A stretch of DNA of 63,268 nt, filler included, from Diploschistes diacapsis (GCA_023645945.1; 26 parts of 26 records of this genome joined end to end with filler, not necessarily neighbours in it), one strand, 5' to 3'. Counted from the first letter of the whole stretch, positions 50,232-62,510 are shown. Made by a program: numbers and translations. Notes: generated by a model not told the origin, from the sequence alone.

Positions 50232-50640
50232 TAATATTCGTGTTAATAGATTTATTATCGTGTCCGTATATTTATCGAAACACTTTTAAATAATATTTAT
50301 TTTTTAATAATTTTAGAATTATCACGTCTATTTTTGATATTTTAATTTTTTCTATCGCGGTATTTCGGTAAATTCACGGTAATATATCGATAAATTTATT
50401 ATAATATAATGTCCGTAATAGTATCGTGTTTTAAAAATTTTGGCGGTAGTGTTCGTAAAAGTATCTATGTTTTAAAATTTTTAGCCGTAGTATCCGTGTC
50501 CGTGCTTTTACTGTAATGTAATATCCGTGGAAATGTTCGTGTTTTAAAATTTTAGCCGTAGTGTCCGTGGCAGTATCGTGTTTTAAAAATTTTCTCGGTA
50601 GTGTCCGTGTAAGTGTCCGTGGCACGAAACGGCCAGCCTA
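50232..50640 (+). mobile_element. Family C element, right end
   Basis: GTGTCCGTG arrays ending in ACGGCCAGCCTA. Confidence 0.8.
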
Positions 50641-51390
50641 ATTTACATAATGGCGAAAGACGGATCATTCTTACGTGTAAAAAGAAGAATGGAGTCTATT
50701 ATATAATTAAGGTTGCCAAAGGGAAACATACATATGTTACAAAAGCGTAACTAGTAAAAATAACTAAACCTGAACTAAACCTAAAAGTTTAGTTGAACAA
50801 AACCAGTTATCAACTGTAGCATGCACGTATTGCCCATATGGGACCTAAAAGGCTTTAGTATCTTTATGAAATAATAACGCTTGCTAATCCGATCCGAGTT
50901 ATGCTATATATCTATAAAACATGCTAACTGACTAAAGCCAGGCAGTAGATAAACCATACACTCGCTAAGTATAAGTATGGTTTACTAGATTTAGTAAACA
51001 TCGATATCTGCGGTCCATTTCTAAAGTTTATTGAAAATAATTAATACTTTATGGAAATCGTAGATAGTTACTCGCGTAGAACCTGGTTTATCTTATATAA
51101 AACCCGAAAAGAAACCGTTCGCATCATGCAACACTAGAAAATGAACGTGGAGTTATAACATAGTAGATACCTTAAGGCAGTACGTCTCGATAATATATCT
51201 GAATTAATATCTATTATTAAAGATTAAGAAAGAAGTTTAAGAATTTAATTAAAATTTATAGTGCCCTATACATCAAATTAAAATAGGATTGTAGAAAGAT
51301 TCATATAGATTATTAAAATGAATATCCGAGCTATGCTAAAGGGAACGAAATAAGGATACGTCTTTTAAGATTATATAACGATAGTCTAAT
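50641..51390 (+). mobile_element. Copia GAG-pre-integrase and integrase core relic, interrupted by a family A-like LTR (51391-51775)
   Basis: L.HARIAHMG..C.L.K..LDLVNIDICGPF..YFMEIVDSYSR..AVRLDN..VPYTSN.N.IVER with TAA/TAG RIP stops. Confidence 0.85.
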
Positions 51391-52451
51391 TGTTACGATC
51401 TAAGTGACTAGGTGGTAGCCACTTGGCACTTCACAGCTGATCGGGCCTAACCCAACCACTCCTTATATATAGTTCAATCATGGTGGCACCGATCACGTGA
51501 TAAGTAGAAAGCTTTAAAAGTTATTTTACCCTATATAAATAGAACGGGAGAACGGTAATTTTATCTATCTATTAATCTATTCCATTAAAGAATAATTAAT
51601 TATATAAGAACGTCGCTATGGCTTTTATAAATCGGGACGTGTTTATTTTTATAAATATCCTTAGCGATTACTCGGGATTAATTTATATTCGTTATTTCTA
51701 TTAACTAATAATAATCTTTTTAGAGATCCGAACAGATCTATTACCGATCTATTTCTTCTCTTACTTGCACTCCTCNNNNNNNNNNNNNNNNNNNNNNNNN
51801 NNNNNNNNNNNNNNNNNNNTTAATTAATTAANNNNNNNNNNNNNNNNNNNNNNNNNNNNNNNNNNNNNNNNNNNNGGTTCCCCCGAGCACGCTGCTTGAA
51901 CTACCGAGGATGGGAGAAGCATTACTGCCGCTCCTTGATAGGACGGTAAGGGCACTACGGATGCTTTCGCTTCGCTGCTGCACGTATATAAGACGATCAT
52001 GTTTTGTTGTACATAGACTCGCTGAGCGAAAAACTTGTTTGGGAAGCATATGACAGCACAGCAATCAAGCATGCCACAAGCTTATATGCCTATTATCTAA
52101 GATTACGACCTTTTCCAGATGGAATACATGTTTTAGTAGTCAGTGATGAGTAAGGATCTACCAGTACTGTACGGCCGTGGCTTTGCCGCTGGAAACCAAG
52201 GCGCTTCGCTGCAACTCTTTTTTTGTCACAACTGTATATACACGTACAGAGTAGAAGAAAACGTGGAGAGTTTGTGGCGTCTGCGGCCATGGATGGCCCA
52301 CCCCAGAACTCTTTCTACGGAAGCCAATTATACATATGCAGAGCTGTACAACGAATGGCTTCCCCTTTGGGCCAGAATGGTAAACATCATACCGCTCACC
52401 TTTCTGTGTGGTTGGTCCCTCCCCTGGTGCAACATGTATATGATGAAAACG

Positions 52452-53143
52452 ATGAGCGAAACGCACGCTAATAACGAGAGTGATGGCGATGATGCCGTGG
52501 CACTGTCGAAACACAGCGCTGACGACGAGGATGAGGAGTATGAGAAGGAGCATGTCCATGCGGTTTACGATTCTATCGCCGGGCATTTTTCTGAAACGAG
52601 ATATAAGGTACTGCCCCTTTCCTTCAGGTGTCTTTGATTTTCAAATCCAGTGTTGCGTGCCTTTTCTCTTTTCCATCTTTTTCTATCTGCTGGATTTTTT
52701 TTGGAGAGGGAAGGATAGAAGCTCTACTGGGCCGGGATCCGAGAGCTTCGGATGAGTACTGAAGGCCACACACTATTACTGTGGCCTTCTGAACTTTGTC
52801 CGCTGTCTGTCTCCTCAAGAGTGTCCATCTCCGACGGCGATGGAATTTTTATCATGGACGTCCTTTTTTTCTAGCTTCAACGTTCGCCCGCTCCCCATCG
52901 GGCACACCCACATCGCTCCTCCTGTGCCGCTGCATACTCCGCCCGGTCCACACGCCTAGTTCGGTCCTCGACCAACTCCTAGTGCCTAGTCCCAAGCAAA
53001 CTGACGCCCATGCGCTAGCCCTGGCCGCTCATCGCCATCTTCCTCTCCGCCCTGCCTCCCGGATCTGTGGGGTTGGATGTCGGGTGCGGAAACGGAAAGT
53101 ATCTGGGTGTCAATCCGGGGGTGTTCGTTGTGGCTTCTGATAC
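52452..53143 (+). CDS. TRM9: tRNA (carboxymethyluridine-34) methyltransferase, 5' part; exons 52452-52607 and 53019-53143, remainder unresolved or truncated
   Basis: YEKEHVHAVYDSIAGHFSETRYK|PWPLIAIFLSALPPGSVGLDVGCGNGKYL is the Trm9/ALKBH8 methyltransferase signature. The intron is GTACTG..ACTGAC..TAG. Confidence 0.92.
52703..52870 (+). ncRNA. Candidate structured intronic RNA in TRM9 intron 1
   Basis: Several nested stems (see findings). No family recognised. Confidence 0.35.
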
Positions 53144-53519
53144 GTAGGTACAGTGGAATTTCGTTGATGTTCTGAGATTCTCCGCCCTGGGAGTAATGCT
53201 TCGCCGAGTCTTTAATATTTGAGCGTGTGGGGGGAGAAAGGGGGAAAGAATGCTCTCGTCCGCATTCCCTTGCCTTCACCTACCGTCATATCAAGATGGG
53301 CATGCGTCCCTCGTAGCATCACAGCTGTTTCATATCTAATACGGCACAAGATCCCTTCCCCTCCTCAGATTCGCTCGCCATCAGCATCACCGCCCCCATC
53401 GCGCCATACACCCCCATCCNNNNNNNNNNNNNNNNNNNNNNNNNNNNNNNNNNNNNNNNNNNNTTAATTAATTAANNNNNNNNNNNNNNNNNNNNNNNNN
53501 NNNNNNNNNNNNNNNNNNN

Positions 53520-53753
53520 GAACTATAGTGCGTTCTTATATAATTAATTACTTCCTAACGGAATAAATCAAAAACAAATAAAATTACCGTTCTCCCGTTC
53601 TACTTACAGAAGGTAAAATAGCCTCCAAGGCTTTCTATTTATCACGTAACCAGTGTCATCATGATTGGACTATATACAAGGAATGGTTAGGAAGATGCCC
53701 GATCAGCTATGAAGTGCCAAGTGGACTACCACCTAGTTACTTGGATCGTAACA
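53520..53753 (-). repeat. Family A-like LTR 5' part. Another partial copy lies at 56358-56706 (+).
   Basis: Ends ...TTGGATCGTAACA on the plus strand, with CACGTG/CCAAT/TATA-like boxes shared with family A. Confidence 0.8.
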
Positions 53754-54110
53754 AGGAGGTAGTTAAACGAATCATCTTTTCGAAGAAAGACGAGATCGAA
53801 AAAAGAATAAGAAGCTTATTGACGAAGACAATAAGTAAAAAGAGGAGTTGGAAAAATAATTTTGTGAAATTAAAGATCGTCGTCTTTAGCGTAAATGTTA
53901 CATTCGTCGTAATCGAAATATTTTTAAACTAACGAAGGATCGTGTCGACGTATAGGCGCGTTAATTGGGTGAGAAATTGGATTTAGAATCATCCGAGGCG
54001 TATATTAACACTTAAAAAGGTTTGTTAACGAAGTTTAGTTTAGAACTATTTAAATTAGCGGCGATGTCGCTTAATTAATTGAATTAGATCCTGAGGGATG
54101 AGGTTTCTGT

Positions 54111-54719
54111 TAGGCTGGCCGTCACGGACACTGACACGGCCGTGGCAGTGTTCGTATTTCGAAATTTTCAGCCGTAGTGTCCGTGTCCGTGTTTTTATTA
54201 CAGTGTAGTATCCGTGGAAATATCCGTGTTTTAAAATTTTTAATCGTAATATCCGTGTCCGTGCTTTTATTATAATATAATGTTCGTGAAAAGGTTCGTG
54301 TTTTAAAATTTTTAATCGTAATATCTATATTAATGAATTTATTATCGTGTCCGTATATTCACCGAAACATTTTTAAATAATATTTATTTTTTAATAATTT
54401 TAGAATTATTACGTTTAATTTTTACGTTTTTATTTTTTTATTGCGATATTTCGGTAGATTCACGGTAATATTTCGGTGAATTTATTATAATGTAATGTTC
54501 GTGGAAGTATTCGCGTTTTAAAATTTTTAATCGTAATGTCCGTGTCCGTGTTTTTATTATAATATAATGTCCGTGGAAGTGTCCGTGTTTTAAAATTTTT
54601 AATCGTAGTGTCCGTGTCCGTGTTTTTACTATAATGTAGTGTCCGTGGAAATGTCCGTGCCGAGATAATTTTCGCGGTAGTGTCCGTGTTAGTGACCGTG
54701 GCACGCAACGGCCAGCCTA
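54111..54719 (+). mobile_element. Family C element, long form (609 bp)
   Basis: Same 12-bp TIRs, with two GTGTCCGTG arrays separated by an AT-rich core also seen at 50232-50410. Confidence 0.8.
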
Positions 54720-55497
54720 TTATTAATTCTGATAACGATATTAGCTTATTTTTAAGGTTATTATTTCTGATTTTGTAGGCTTTAAGTAACGAAATATGGA
54801 ATATCGAGTGTAATCCTAACTATTTCTTTAATAACGCCAACCGATAGGCTTACGAGCGTGTTACGGTAATGATACGAAACGAGTTAATAAATTTATAAAA
54901 TAGTTTTTTATTAAACTATTTAAAATATAGATTTTTTATAAACAGCATTACCAATTTTCCGATTACGTATATATAAAACAAATACTTTTGATCGAAATAT
55001 TTTTATTATTATTTTTAAGTATGTTTAATATTCTTTATAAACTGAACTCGTATGGTTTATATGNNNNNNNNNNNNNNNNNNNNNNNNNNNNNNNNNNNNN
55101 NNNNNNNTTAATTAATTAANNNNNNNNNNNNNNNNNNNNNNNNNNNNNNNNNNNNNNNNNNNNTATTTCTATTAAAATCAATATATTATAAACGATTAAA
55201 AGAAACGGATCGTCTTCGCCGTAAGATTCATACGTGACCGCGTAACAATATAAATGAGATTTTATCTCGACGTATATTTAAAAAATTAAAAAAATAATTA
55301 CGGAATGTTTAAAAACTTTACGGGGTTTAAAAAATAGGTCCGACTGGCCTTCGACACGACCAACGATAAGAAATATGTAATTCGAGTTATTAAGATAGTT
55401 AATTAAAGAAGCTCGATTTTAGAATATACGGCGAAATTTTAAGAATACGTTAGATTAATTAAGTAAGATAAGGAAGCCTTGATAGAAATGTATAAGA

Positions 55498-55797
55498 TGA
55501 AACGCCAGCGCAGGAAAGGATGCTACTCCACCGGGGGCTGGGCCTGATCCGGAAGGATTAGGTGTAGCTTAGGCATCTGCAGGTAAAAGGTCTCGATTTA
55601 AAAAACTAAAAAAGAAACTATCTAAATGGGAGGAAGGTACCGTTAAGTAGTATGGGTGCCGGACCTATTAAGGCTCGGGAACCACCCGTCTACACAACCA
55701 TCCCCTGACCCTGCCGTGTCTTGGCAAGCACCTGGGCATTGACCCTGCCGTGGCTTGGCAGGCCCAGCTTGGCAGGCCCCTGAACTGAGCTGTCTCA
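55498..55797 (-). mobile_element. Gypsy family D 3' LTR with PPT (55798-55811), abutting family A gag
   Basis: The minus strand reads GGAGAGGAGGGTAG|TGAGAC...GTTTCA. The left flank matches the gag at 1730-2070. Confidence 0.85.
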
Positions 55798-58548
55798 CTA
55801 CCCTCCTCTCCAGATGCTTGTGTCTCTTATAAACGCGATGTTCTTTTTTAGTTAATCTCCACCTCGATCTTTATCCCTTTTTCTAATTTATTTAAAAGGA
55901 TACTCGTTATTCTTTCGTAACAGATGTTTCCGTCTCTTTAAATCCCTTTTAACGTCGTTTTTAATTAAATACGCTTTTAGATTTTATAAAAAAATATAGT
56001 CGTCGTAATAATCGATATCGCTTTATTTTAAAAATTCGTTCCCGTTTATAATTTTTATTAACGTAGATTATTTATTTCTAGGTATTATTAATTACGAAAA
56101 TCTTATTTTTTCGAGATTTAATTAATGAAATTCCCGTAGAATCTCGAGAATATTTTCGAAATTAACGGCGAAATATTAGCTATCGTCGGTAAATTATTTT
56201 ATTTAACGTATCCTATACTGGACGTTTATTCTTCGTTTAGGGCCTCTCTTGGCGTTAAGGATCTCTTCGATTTCTTATTCTTTTCCGTCCTCCGTCTTTA
56301 TCGAGGGTGATTTAGGATAAGTTTGTTTTTTTAAAAGATTTTACGGGTCTTTCGAAATGTTACGATCCAAGGTACTGTTCGGTAGTACTTGGCACGCAAC
56401 AGCTAGTCGGGCACTTCCCAGCTATTCCTTGTATATAGTCTAATCAGGGTGACGCGGGTCACGTGATGAGTAAAAGGTTTTGAAAATTATTCTACTCAAT
56501 CGTAAATAGAAAGAAAGAACGATAATTTTATTTATTTATTTATTTATTCTGTTAAGGAAGCTGTTGACTATATAAGAACGTCGTTATGATTTTTATGAAT
56601 TCGGGGCGTGTTTATTTTTATAAATATCTTAAGTTATTATTCGAGATTAATCTATATTCGTTACTTTTATCATTTTAGAATCTTCTTATTAGAGATAGTT
56701 TAAGACNNNNNNNNNNNNNNNNNNNNNNNNNNNNNNNNNNNNNNNNNNNNTTAATTAATTAANNNNNNNNNNNNNNNNNNNNNNNNNNNNNNNNNNNNNN
56801 NNNNNNTATTATATAGAGATCTAGGTACCTGGCAGAGCCACAGCGAGCTAGGCAGAATGTATCATTAGGGCGCCACCAAATATGTTACACAATTTTACAG
56901 TAGGCAGAATAGCATATACCAAAAAAAACTTCGAACGCTACGAACACCACCGGAGTTTAGGCGAGAAAGGTACGTACCTTTATCTTGACGGGGGGCGTTT
57001 TGGTCATTACATTATAAAGGGGGTAGTAGATATCTATCCCATCTGGAATGCGTGTTCGATAAGTGGGGGGGGGGGGGGGTTGCAACATGATCGGGACAAC
57101 CCAATGGGCATCTGGCCCTACCTACTGTATAGTGGAGACGTAACTTTGCTTTACGTACCCACCCCCCCTTACCTGCTTCTATCGCATGCATGCATGCATG
57201 CATGCACGTGGGCGAGTTTGAGAACAAAAAGTATTTCCTTGACACGAACGCTGCTCTACTGCATCTTCTTCAACTGCACGAGCTCTACAACTCCCCAATC
57301 GCCCGTTGAACGGAATGGCTTCCTACGTACGGTTCGTGGCGGGACACCGGCGTCCCCTGCTTTCCAACGGGGAGTCCCCTGGCTATGGTTGGTATACGGT
57401 GGTTCGATGGGCGGATTGATGCGTTCTGCGGTATTAGCTTGTCTATCGTTTGCTCGGAATTGTTGGTCGGATTTGGGGCGCTATGGACATTTCTAAGGCT
57501 GCCTTTGGGCAATGGTCATGGCAGCTGTGGCGAGATGCTGGAGCCAAAATAGTTTTCGGGGGTGAAACACTGTGGGCAGGGTGGGATGATCCCAGGGACT
57601 TAAGATGACGGGGTGGATGGGGCGTTGATGGAGCTGCGATGGCAATCTGGTCGGCGTCAAGTACCAGCAGCGTACGGACCGTATGAAATTCGTAGAGAAC
57701 TTGTTGTCTTCACATGACCGATCGCTGGTGTTGGGTTGTCCGATAACTGGCTAGGTTTTAGGTTAATTTGTCTGCTGCATGTAGAATTCTCGGTTCGTAG
57801 ACAAACAAGTGAATATGGTACAGGAACAGGGAGCGTAAAGGGTAGAGGTGACAACTCGACCCATGTATAATCTTGATTTGAGAAACATCTTGAAGAAGAA
57901 AGAATCGAACACAGGGCATAGAGTAACAGTGACTAGGAATCGGCAGCATTCATGTTGACGATATGAACATAAGGCAGGATCTAATTCATGTAGTATCAAT
58001 TTCGGCCGAACTTGATTTCAAACATTTGCAAGACCGTCAGGACATATGGAATGACAAGAGCACTAGGCAAACCCGTACCTTCCAAGGTCTCCGTTAACAA
58101 AGCGGAACGCTTCGACAGTAGCATCCATTCTCTAACCTGCGTCGGGGCACTAAAAGCTTGGGAGGATCCCAGTCGTACCTTGGTGGAAAAGTGCCAGACC
58201 AAGCATTCGAAGCGAAGAACGGGCAAAGTGCCACACTCGGACAACTCCAGGTTTCCGGTTGAGTCTCATCCTCTGCATACCACGGAAGAAATGAAATGCG
58301 CGATACTTCGTACACCGCAATCCATTTTCAATCGACCCAATCCTCCCCNNNNNNNNNNNNNNNNNNNNNNNNNNNNNNNNNNNNNNNNNNNNTTAATTAA
58401 TTAANNNNNNNNNNNNNNNNNNNNNNNNNNNNNNNNNNNNNNNNNNNNCCCTCCCCCCCTCCGGATTCTTCTGCTTGGACGAACTTTGGGGGAAGGAGGG
58501 TGGTTTTATTTATTTTAAATCCTCTGCCTATTCTATCGACTGGAAAAG

Positions 58549-58739
58549 ATCCGAATGAGGTCGCGGTATACGGGGGGCAGGCTGGAGCGGGGGCAACTGG
58601 GGATGGCGATACAGCATCATCATCGTCGGCGTCGTCGTCGTCGTCGTCGGCGTCGGCATCATGTCAAATCATGCGTGGGATGAGGGGCAATTTGGGAAAG
58701 CTGATGCACATGGGAATCGCTGTGGTTGTCATAGGCTGA
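58549..58739 (+). CDS. Possible last exon of a Ser-rich, GPI-anchored-like protein
   Basis: After a possible AG acceptor, a Gly/Ser-rich frame ends in a hydrophobic tail (MGIAVVVIG*). No domain recognised. Confidence 0.25.
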
Positions 58740-60088
58740 TGTGGGACTGGCGCGCACACACAGAGAGAGAAACTGGAGCTCCGCTCCACTAGACATTCCC
58801 TTGGTGTTTCTTCCTGCAGGGGTTTTTGATCCTTTGCGCCGCCCAAGTCAGTTGCGAGTACAAGGGTAGGTAGAAAGGGGTTGGAGTGTCATGGTTGGAT
58901 GTTGTTGTTGTTACGACTATGGGCTATGGGGCTGTAAAGGGGGGGGGGGGCACTTTGGGCCGCGTCTCAAGGTAGCTAGGTACTTCTTTTTTTTGAAGCT
59001 GCATATCCCCCATGGACGATCACTGACCAGAGGTACGAAAAGGCGAGAGGGGGCGGTAAGGTCGTTCTTGTTAAGCACATATTATGGTGAGAGAAGTTAC
59101 ACAGTTGTCTGTCAGTCAGTCAAACAATCAACCCGCTATCGATAAGAAGGCCCGCCAAGCACAAAGTGCAACCCCCAGCCGCGTGAAGCACTCCCCGTCG
59201 CAGAGTTCTGCCCATGCGCCTGAGACTGCTTCCTCCATCCTTCCCATCCATAAAGCGCCAGGCGCGCGGATCCATGTTCATGCTCGCCGTCATACACAGA
59301 GGTACAGCGTGCTGGTTACGGTGCTGAATATGCTTGTGACCCCGCAAACCAGTGCTGCAAGGACCCCAGCTAACTAGGTGAAGTCAGCTTCGGCCAGCAA
59401 TGCTCCCAAGGCCGGTTACCACATCCGATTCGAAAAGGCGCCCGCTCTCACAAGTCTTCTATACGAGACATGCCGATACATCGGTCGTAGCAGAGATCCG
59501 ACCGTTGGATGTATTTTGCTGTTCCTTAGCCTACCGCACATAGCTGGCTCATCAATCAGGGAGAATGAGACGCAGAAAACACGATGCTTTGCACCGTTGC
59601 TGGTCCCGCTTGTGGTAAGCCAGCCCAACTACCAGTGCACAAAACACGGACGATAGGTTCCATGGCGGATGCCTCGCTCGTCGAGGCGAAGCCTTGATAC
59701 TCGAACGAACGTCTCGAGACGGTGTCCGGCTGGAGTGCATGAATCGAGATGCCTGAGGATCTGCTCGTGAAAATGGACTCTCAAATCATTATAAATCCTG
59801 CTTGCCGCTACAAGCAGGAACGTCTTTCACTCCCATCAGCTTCTTCCCCTGCCCACCAGCCCTTGCAGCAGCAGCATCCTCGACGGATAGCCACCCACCC
59901 ACCTTCCACTCCTTACCCAAATATCCACTTACACAATCATTACCACACTCGCTCCGGAAGCGCTGCACACTCCCTCACTCCCTTACTCNNNNNNNNNNNN
60001 NNNNNNNNNNNNNNNNNNNNNNNNNNNNNNNNTTAATTAATTAANNNNNNNNNNNNNNNNNNNNNNNNNNNNNNNNNNNNNNNNNNNN

Positions 60089-60360
60089 TTCGGCCAATCA
60101 AACCCTTGACTGATACTTTCGGAGTTAATTTCTTATCTACGGTTTTTTCTACGCCCATAAACACACTAATCTGCAACTATAGTCCTGCGCTTCGCTTAGG
60201 AACAATTCAGTTCGGCCAATCAAACCCGTTACAAGCCCATTTTGGCCAATCAAACCCTTGACTGATACTTTCGGAGTTAATTTTTCTTATCTACGGTTTG
60301 TTCTGCGCCCATAAACACACTAATCTGCAACTATAGTCCTAAGCTTCGCTTAGGAATAAT
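60089..60360 (+). repeat. Tandem duplication of a unit of about 120 bp (60089-60206, 60242-60360) with three GGCCAATCAAACCC motifs
   Basis: Direct comparison of the two copies. Confidence 0.85.
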
Positions 60361-62049
60361 GTAATTGCGCTAGGCCGAGCGTTTTTATATTTGTACGAAG
60401 CTAAATCTGTTCTCAACTACACTACCCCGTTCTTCGGCCTTGAAGAAATACATTTTACGAAGGTGCAGGGATTGTGACCCGCTTCGTGGTGTGACCCGTT
60501 TCCTGGTGAAACACGTTAACGTAGCTTCAAGCTGCTGACATAAACAACAGACATAAATACCGGAGTTGGATAAATTCAAGTATAATATAATTGAAATCGG
60601 ATCCGGAAAAAGAATACGTTAAAAATGTACGGAAATCTATTTCGAAATATAATCTATAAAAAACGTCTACGACGTCTGTTGCATAAACCTACGTATTTGC
60701 TGATCCACGATCGAATCTATATTGATTACAGGGCCTACTAAATGAAGAATGGACGAGGCTGGCGAGTGAGAATCCCTCGATCTGAAGCTCTCTCTTGTGG
60801 CGAAATTACCGTCCATGGCCAAACATGGCCCAAACTAGAAACCTAGACCCAGCAGCGAAACGTGGGTTATGAGCGGCAACGTCGAACTTCTGATCGAAAT
60901 CAACCCTCGCGCATAGCGAGAGCCAAGAGTGGGCGGACACCAACCCCCGATATATCTATGATACACCAGTCACGCATGACGCAAGGTACCTCGCCCCTGT
61001 CAGGACTGCAGGACTCCGCACTATCTGATAACTAGGCAAGGGGAAAGGATAGCGTCGAGACCGATCTAAGCGATGCACATGGGCTCTTGCAGCCGGCTTA
61101 TGGTACTGTTATCTCAAAAGAATCGAACCAGATGTTATTTAAAGCACCCAAGGCTTATTTACTAAAAGTCATTCTCACCTCCTCAACATCGGGACACGCC
61201 AACGTACTTAACAAATGCAGCCTTGTTATTAACTTGGTTTCAGAATCATCTCGGCACTGGGCTGGACTATGTAAAACATAAATTCGCAGACGGCAAGGCA
61301 CGGTAGCTTGCGGGGACCTGCTCGCTTTCTTCTGCAACGTCGACTTCATAAGGTTTTAACCCATGCGCGAGGCTGATTCTGGGCAGAGTGCAAGTCTGAG
61401 CCATTTTGTATAAGATGCTGCCTTCCTCTGGCACTCGCTATAACGAGGTTTTCTCTTCCTTCACCTCCAGTCTCCCTGTGTCGAGCTAAAGTCCACTTAG
61501 AAAACAGCGTCGACACCTGCATATTGAGTCTTCCCTTTCACCAACACAAAGCCTTCCTCAATCAACGCGCCATCACACCCAACCCCGCTCTCCACCCGCA
61601 TCAACAATCCAACCCACCCACCCCATCTNNNNNNNNNNNNNNNNNNNNNNNNNNNNNNNNNNNNNNNNNNNNTTAATTAATTAANNNNNNNNNNNNNNNN
61701 NNNNNNNNNNNNNNNNNNNNNNNNNNNNCCTTAAAATTTTAATTATTAGCGGTAACGTACGTCTAATGATTTATAAAACGTTACGTGTTATTACGGTTTC
61801 GAGTATATATTTTTATATAAATTCGTAATTCTTTATCTTTAATCGTTGTATATATAAGGTTAAGATGGCGTTTATAATAATATCTAGATCGATTAATGTT
61901 TGCACGGTATATCGTTTTGATTTAATCTCGAGATCGGTTTAAATCCGTTTTATTTAAATCCGCGTACTAGCGCTTATGTTTATGATATATAGCTCTTTAG
62001 TTTAATTTATAATTAAAAAGTTCTGATTTTTTTCATAACTTGTCTTTAT

Positions 62050-62510
62050 TGTTATGATCTCTATCTATACAAGGTATACACGAGTAGGATCAAGGTGGGT
62101 TTGGTCTCTGTTAGAAGAGGAGTGTGGTAGGAGAAGAAGATAGAGCAGTTACAGGTCTTGGACTGTTTCTGGAAAGAAGGCTCTAAGGTGATAAAAGTAA
62201 CGAATATAAATTGATCCCGAGCAATAACTTAAGATGTCTATGAAAGTGAACACGCCCTGGATTCACGGAGGCCACGGCAGCGTTCCTATATAGCCAACAG
62301 TTCTTTAGTGGAGTAGATGAGTAGATGAGTAGATGAGTAGAACTACCGTTCTTCCTTTCTACTTACGACTGAGTAGAATGGTCCTTCAGACCTTCTATCC
62401 ATCACGTGACCCGTGTTACCCTGATTGGACTATATATAAGGAGTGGTTGGGAAGTGTCCGACTAGCTGTTGCGTGCTAAGTACTATCGATTAGTATTTTG
62501 GATCGTAATA
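62050..62510 (-). mobile_element. Family A solo LTR, the least RIP-mutated copy, with possible TTAT TSD
   Basis: Full 461-bp LTR with TTAT at 62046-62049 and 62511-62514. Confidence 0.85.

Noticed and set aside
52749..52802. SECIS element, TPP riboswitch or hammerhead ribozyme in the TRM9 intron
   Set aside because: It lacks the SECIS AUGA/GA core with apical AA, the TPP CUGAGA/CUGAU motifs, and the hammerhead CUGAUGA...GAAA core.
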